Assembly: GCA_002632265.1 (NCBI GenBank)
Contig: NQOV01000001.1
Location: 1,579-65,578, forward strand
Direction of reading: 5' to 3'
DNA length: 64,000 bases
DNA from: Rhodospirillaceae bacterium MC!
Lineage (GTDB): Bacteria > Pseudomonadota > Alphaproteobacteria > MC1
In this document: positions 59,385-64,000 of the stretch, one piece after another
Layout: the number at the start of each line of letters is the position of its first letter
How positions within the stretch are numbered: the stretch's first letter is position 1
Position numbers and translations under genes: made by a program
The notes under the pieces: model-generated
The model's input: only the letters and a program-made list of their open reading frames with translations
Databases searched by the model: none
Told to the model about the DNA's origin: nothing

Positions 59385-60572
59385 TTATTTATTTATCCCC
59401 ACTTGAACTTTGCCAATGTCTATGATAGTAGCGGAAACTGTAACTTTACTATTTAAATTCTCAACTTTAATAACATCCCCAATACCGCCACTCTCGAGAG
59501 CTTTGCCTTGGGCCTCTAAGTTTATCATTTTTGTTTTATAAACAATAGTAATCAAACTTTTTTTCTTAACTGCTATGGCTCTTCCAACATCATAAATTTT
59601 TACAACCTTGTTAATATCTATGTTTTTCTTGGCTTGCTTGCCAATTAACTGTTCGGGTTCTAAAATAGTATTTCTAACAATTTTCCTTTTTTCAACTGAT
59701 ATATATTCGATATCATCATCTTTTATTATATCACCTTTAGCTTTAGAATTTATTAAAATTGGAACATCAATCATTTCAACTACATATCCATGAATTATCC
59801 GTTTATCTTTCATGTTTTTTGTGCTAAAGCTTGCTTGAAAATATCCTGTATCAGAATCATAAGATAGATTGCTAAGGGCTAAAGTATCATAATGATCAGC
59901 AGGTATTACCCAGTTAAAGACGCTCCTATCAAGTTTGAGTTTGTATGTGCCATCAATTTTAAAGCCGTCCTTATTCTTTAGAGCTTTTTTTATGATTGAT
60001 TCTATGTAATCATTGGAAATCGTAATGGATTTACGCTGAATGATAATTGTAGGATTGTCAACATACGGATTCCATTGTAAATTATTCGCCTTGGCAATAC
60101 GCTTTAAAGTGGTAGTCGATAAAAGCTTTTTACTGCCAACGTTCGGAGCATGATCAATTATGATATTCGCTTTTTCATTTGTATTATCAAAGATATCGCC
60201 TAGCGTAATAAAATCGCCGTTAACATATACATCTTGCTTTAAAATAACTCCAATGGGAGTAGAATCTTCCTTTTTCTCAATGGGAGGAGTGGCAGGCTGA
60301 TTTAATTCCTTTTGCTTTGCCTCTTGCTCTTCTTTTTTCCTTTCTTGTTCTTCTTCGGCTTGTTTCTTTTTGAGTGCGTCCGCCTCTCTTTGCTTTTTCA
60401 AACTACCCGGATGTAATTGTTCATTGATTAGTTCATTGAGCTGTTTACTAACTCTTTGAGCCGAGTTATCCCCTTGAGCAGAGTCTGGGGTTTCTTCTGC
60501 AAATGAATTAGATTCATAGCATAAAGCAAATAATACTATGAATGTAAAAAATAATTTGTAGAAGTTTCTCAT
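59385..60572 (-). CDS. flgA: Flagellar P-ring assembly chaperone FlgA with a long Glu/Lys-rich N-terminal extension
   Basis: The C-terminal SAF/FlgA domain reads …VVKIYDVGRAIAVKKKSLITIVYK…GKALESGGIGDVIKVENLNSKVTVSATIIDIGKVQV. Its position between flgG and flgH fits the flgFGAH order. Start set at MRNFYK (signal peptide). The N-terminal 180 aa form a KKQAEEEQERKKEEQEAKQK coiled coil. Confidence 0.75.
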   Translation of the reverse strand: MRNFYKLFFTFIVLFALCYESNSFAEETPDSAQGDNSAQRVSKQLNELINEQLHPGSLKKQREADALKKKQAEEEQERKKEEQEAKQKELNQPATPPIEKKEDSTPIGVILKQDVYVNGDFITLGDIFDNTNEKANIIIDHAPNVGSKKLLSTTTLKRIAKANNLQWNPYVDNPTIIIQRKSITISNDYIESIIKKALKNKDGFKIDGTYKLKLDRSVFNWVIPADHYDTLALSNLSYDSDTGYFQASFSTKNMKDKRIIHGYVVEMIDVPILINSKAKGDIIKDDDIEYISVEKRKIVRNTILEPEQLIGKQAKKNIDINKVVKIYDVGRAIAVKKKSLITIVYKTKMINLEAQGKALESGGIGDVIKVENLNSKVTVSATIIDIGKVQVGINK

Positions 60573-60639
60573 AAATTCGCCTAACATGTAGTAACTTTTA
60601 ATATTAAAGTATATAGTATTAACAATAATATCAAGATTA

Positions 60640-61425
60640 CTAACGTAATTGAGTTACTTTTTCTTCCATTGCTGAAGCTATAGTGATTGTTTTAGAATTC
60701 ATTTCATAAGCTCTTTGAGCCGAAATAAGTGCGGTTACTTCTGTAACTGAATTCACATTCGATGTTTCAAGAAAGGATTGTAAGATCGATCCTTTACCAG
60801 GTTCGGACGGACTGCCCGAAGTTGGTGCTCCTGATGCGTCTGTCTCTGTGTACATATTTCCACCTTCGGCATGTAAGCCTGCTTCATTGGCGAAAGTAGC
60901 CAATTGAATTTGTCCTAAATTTTGTGGCTTAGATTGACCGTCAACATGGACTAATACTTCGCCTGCAGAGTTAATATTAACATCTGTAACATTTTGCGGA
61001 ATAGTGATACCTGGTTGCACTGTGTAACCGTCATGTGTTACTAATTCGCCGTTGGCGTTTAGCTGGAATGCTCCATCACGTGTATAACCTGTGTCGCCAT
61101 TTGGTAGATCAACTTGAAAGTATCCTTTACCTTGTACCGCTAGATCGAAAGTGTTACCTGTGGGATTCACAGGACCTTCTTCGTTTACTCTGTATACGGC
61201 TGCCAATTTCACACCTAAACCCGATTGGATACCTGTTGGCACGACTGTACCGTCTGCCGAAGATGTATCACCTGGACGGCGATAATCTTGATATAGTAAA
61301 TCTTGGAATTCACTACGATGACGCTTAAAGGCTGTTGTGTTCATATTTGCTAGGTTGTTGGAAATGATCTCTACATTACGTTGTTGTGCTATCATACCTG
61401 TAGCACCGATGTACATTGAACGCAT
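60640..61425 (-). CDS. flgG: Flagellar basal-body rod protein
   Basis: MRSMYIGATGM…SNNLANMNTTAFK N-terminus. The C-terminal ...ETSNVNSVTEVTALISAQRAYEMNSK is the FlgG signature. Confidence 0.93.
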   Translation of the reverse strand: MRSMYIGATGMIAQQRNVEIISNNLANMNTTAFKRHRSEFQDLLYQDYRRPGDTSSADGTVVPTGIQSGLGVKLAAVYRVNEEGPVNPTGNTFDLAVQGKGYFQVDLPNGDTGYTRDGAFQLNANGELVTHDGYTVQPGITIPQNVTDVNINSAGEVLVHVDGQSKPQNLGQIQLATFANEAGLHAEGGNMYTETDASGAPTSGSPSEPGKGSILQSFLETSNVNSVTEVTALISAQRAYEMNSKTITIASAMEEKVTQLR

Positions 61426-61497
61426 ATTAAATTCTCCTTAGAATGTTATTGTATTAGTTAGTTGGTTAGTTTAGTTAATTAGCTTAGCTTAATGTAT

Positions 61498-62241
61498 TTA
61501 ACGACCAAACATTAAACTGTTTAGCATTTTTGTTTGTTGTTCGTAATGTTTTTGTACGTAAGAGGAAACCCTTGTGAAGTCCTTGGAAATTTGGATCATC
61601 TTAGTTGTTTCTAAAATCGAAGATACATTAGATCCCTCAAGGTAGCCTTGTTCCACTTGTCCTTTTTCGTCAGTGTCTGCGGTTTGATTCTTTGCAGGCT
61701 TGAAAAAACTATTCCCCATACGGCGTAATTTTTGTGGCTCTTTAAAGCTAAACATACCTAAACGACCTTTTATGCCGTTTGCTGTGGAGATCGTACCGTC
61801 TTTAGCGATGCTAATATCCGAATCATTAGGAGCAAAGGTAATTGGTTCGCCATCCGTACTTAGTACGCTTAAACCCTGATTAGTTACTAGCTTATGAGTG
61901 GAATCAATTGTAAAACTACCCTTTCTTGAGTACATTTTACCTTGAGGGGTATCAATGGAAAAGAAAGTGTTAGGAGTTCTTAAAGCAACGTCTAAACTAT
62001 TTCCTGTGCGAATCAAACCACCTGGTGCGAAATCTTGATACTGTCCCATATCTTCCACATATGATGTAGGTTCTTTCAATGGACGTTCTTGAGTTTTATT
62101 CTTACTAAGTTGCTCTTTAAACAAGGTTTGTTGAGATTTAAAGCCAGTTGTATTCATATTTGCTAAGTTGTTACTCACAGTATTTAACTGTGATTTTAAC
62201 GCAATCTCGGCAGATAAAGCTACATATGATGCTGTTTGCAT
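61498..62241 (-). CDS. flgF: Flagellar basal-body rod protein
   Basis: N-terminal rod motif VSNNLANMNTTGFK and a C-terminal conserved region. It lies upstream of flgG. Confidence 0.88.
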   Translation of the reverse strand: MQTASYVALSAEIALKSQLNTVSNNLANMNTTGFKSQQTLFKEQLSKNKTQERPLKEPTSYVEDMGQYQDFAPGGLIRTGNSLDVALRTPNTFFSIDTPQGKMYSRKGSFTIDSTHKLVTNQGLSVLSTDGEPITFAPNDSDISIAKDGTISTANGIKGRLGMFSFKEPQKLRRMGNSFFKPAKNQTADTDEKGQVEQGYLEGSNVSSILETTKMIQISKDFTRVSSYVQKHYEQQTKMLNSLMFGR

Positions 62242-62800
62242 TGTTGTTCTTCCCCAATAAATAATCTAAAGTTATTCTTGATTTTTATTTTCTAAAATTA
62301 GAATATAAGTTCATTTCTTTTAAACAATCTTATACATGCACAAAGCATACCAACTTTTTACATGTGGGTGTATAGACGTTCTAGATACGAATTAATATCC
62401 ATTAGATTATACATAGTAGCATACATTATGATACATATGCAAGATTCTATTTTTATAACATGGAAATAGTAAAGAAAGAGTAAACTTTTATGAGAGATAA
62501 AATCTTTATAGAAAAATATCTTAGAAGATCTTTGATTGTTTATCTTAATACATATATATATGGCAGAAAATTAAAAATATTAAAAATAATGGTTGCAAAA
62601 CAAATAAAATTCATTTATACTTTATAGTTAATAATTATAGATATTATCTATCGTAAGTTAATTTTTTATGTTGGATTCTTTATATTCTCTGATTTTTCTT
62701 TACTTATAAGAAACTCGGAATTTATAAAAAATCATTGAAATACTTGGAAAATTCCCTTAGGATATACGTATCATGTACAACTCACAAAATAGGCTAACTT

Positions 62801-63523
62801 ATGACAACTGAAACAGAAGCACCAGCACAACCAAGAAAACGCCGTTTAAAGAAGTATTTTAACGAATCTATAGCACAACCGCAAAAAATTACCGCTTATG
62901 ATGTGTTAATGGCCGTTGAAGGCGTTCGCTCTGAACTTAAAACATTACGTAAAAGAGAATCTGTTAAAGCCGCTATGGGCGGTGGTAGTGATGACGAATT
63001 CGACGACCTTAAAGATCAATTAGTGGCCATGGCAGAATGTATTGACGATGTAAAAGATAATCTAGCAATGATTGCCGCAGATGATTCGAATCGTCTACCT
63101 TCGGTTATGAATGAGCTAGATGCGGTAATTGCCGCAACGGAAACCGCTACGAATGCCATTTTAGAATCAGCGGAAAATATTGAAAAGTATACTCACGAAT
63201 TGGCGGCGTCCTTTGATGACGAAAAACGCTCGGAATTGGTGGATAAAATTCAAAACGAAACTACTAACTTGATGATTTCTTGTAACTTCCAAGATTTAAC
63301 AGGTCAGCGTATTACTAAAATAATCAAAGCTTTCTCATTTCTTGAAGAGCGTGTTAATGCTATTATGGAACTTTGGGGTAGAGATGAAATCGCCGAACGT
63401 ATCGCAGGTGTTATCGATAACATTCAAGAAACCGACACAAGAGAAGATTCTCATCTACTTAACGGACCGCAAACCAACGGCCCTGCGGTAAGTCAAGATG
63501 ATATTGATGCACTATTTGACTAA
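62801..63523 (+). CDS. cheZ: CheZ-family CheY-P phosphatase homolog
   Basis: NFQDLTGQRITKII matches the CheZ catalytic motif DFQDLTGQ (catalytic Gln). The C-terminal SQDDIDALFD resembles the CheZ C-terminal CheY-binding peptide. Acidic N-terminus. Confidence 0.7.
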   Translation: MTTETEAPAQPRKRRLKKYFNESIAQPQKITAYDVLMAVEGVRSELKTLRKRESVKAAMGGGSDDEFDDLKDQLVAMAECIDDVKDNLAMIAADDSNRLPSVMNELDAVIAATETATNAILESAENIEKYTHELAASFDDEKRSELVDKIQNETTNLMISCNFQDLTGQRITKIIKAFSFLEERVNAIMELWGRDEIAERIAGVIDNIQETDTREDSHLLNGPQTNGPAVSQDDIDALFD

Positions 63524-63539
63524 AGGTAAAAATATTCTC

Positions 63540-63764
63540 ATGGGAATCATATTATGTATTTTCATGGGAATGTTGTCGGCTTGTGGTTCTGTTGCGGAAT
63601 TAACTCCGCCGAAGTATCTACCGCATAACTTTCCTAAGGGAACAGCTTATCCGAAGATTAATAGACCGATTTATCATCCTAGTCATACCGAGGCCAGTGA
63701 TTCGGATGTTAATGGAACAGATGTTAGAAAAACACCAGCACCAATAACACCAACAACAAACTAA
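63540..63764 (+). CDS. Small lipoprotein (74 aa)
   Basis: Lipobox LSAC after a hydrophobic signal (MGIILCIFMGMLSACGS). RBS aaaggtaa. Start placed downstream of the cheZ stop. Confidence 0.5.
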   Translation: MGIILCIFMGMLSACGSVAELTPPKYLPHNFPKGTAYPKINRPIYHPSHTEASDSDVNGTDVRKTPAPITPTTN

Positions 63765-63863
63765 GAATAACTAAATAAATTACTATTTTCATTGAAATTT
63801 ATTTAGTTATTTTTTTATTACACAAGATATATAGATATATAGATATAGAAAAAAGGACGCAAT

Positions 63864-64000
63864 ATGACTCATGAAGTTACAGTAATTGGGGCAGGGTTGG
63901 CAGGATGTGAATTATCGTGGCAATTGGCAGAGCGTGGCATTAAGGTTAAGTTAATCGAAATGCGACCAGTTAAAAATACTCCTGCTCATCAAACCAATGA
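63864..64000 (+). CDS. trmFO: tRNA uridine-5-methyltransferase TrmFO (methylenetetrahydrofolate-dependent), 5' part. Continues beyond the window
   Basis: [45 protein letters not shown] is the characteristic TrmFO/Gid N-terminus. RBS aaaaagga. Confidence 0.8.
   Translation, partial: MTHEVTVIGAGLAGCELSWQLAERGIKVKLIEMRPVKNTPAHQTN

Noticed and set aside
62242-62800. Sigma-54 or CtrA-box flagellar promoters in the flgF/cheZ divergent region
   Set aside because: There are no convincing TGGCAC-N5-TTGC or TTAA-N7-TTAA matches. The nearest looked like TTAA-N5-TTAA. The region is simply AT-rich.
1-64000. Integrase, transposase, prophage, toxin-antitoxin or restriction-modification cassette
   Set aside because: I scanned all predicted products. 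None shows recombinase, transposase DDE, capsid or terminase, or methyltransferase motifs. The only defence-like candidate is the orphan PD-(D/E)xK protein.

Overview
The window reads as a chromosomal segment of a low-GC, flagellated alphaproteobacterium. Alphaproteobacterial markers include 5-aminolevulinate synthase HemA, a PopZ homolog, the ctpA/YibQ-like pair, flgF-flgG-flgA-flgH gene order and a Caulobacter-like TPR glycosyltransferase. Coding density is high and almost all genes are housekeeping or metabolic. These include murA, maf, rplM/rpsI, murC-murB-ddl, gpsA, nth, hom, hemA, ubiX, rsmA, metE-metF, pfk, glgC and a flagellar/chemotaxis set (flgFGAH, a CheZ homolog, an MCP). There are also two glycan-utilisation clusters made of apparently cytoplasmic enzymes (sulfatase/GH42/sulfatase and GntR/GH38/oxidoreductase/PfkB kinase). 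I see no CRISPR array, integrase, transposase, rRNA or recognisable prophage. The features the CDS track does not explain are these. (1) A family of roughly 70-115-bp palindromic REP/BIME-like elements sits immediately after stop codons at eight or more loci, including a six-unit tandem array. (2) An orphan PD-(D/E)xK-nuclease-like gene lies between rsmA and an ABC ATPase. (3) An AT-rich islet carries a membrane protein with a possible frameshift and an unknown gene translationally coupled to hemA. (4) A TPR-GT41 (OGT-like) protein may be catalytically divergent. (5) PopZ has an extreme [10 protein letters not shown] expansion. (6) A tRNA-Leu(UAA) is tandemly duplicated. (7) Lys-rich tails and Asn/Asp-rich insertions recur in unrelated proteins. 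(8) Long structured non-coding leaders lie upstream of murC, metE and rplM. All functional calls rest on motif recognition by eye. I ran no database searches.
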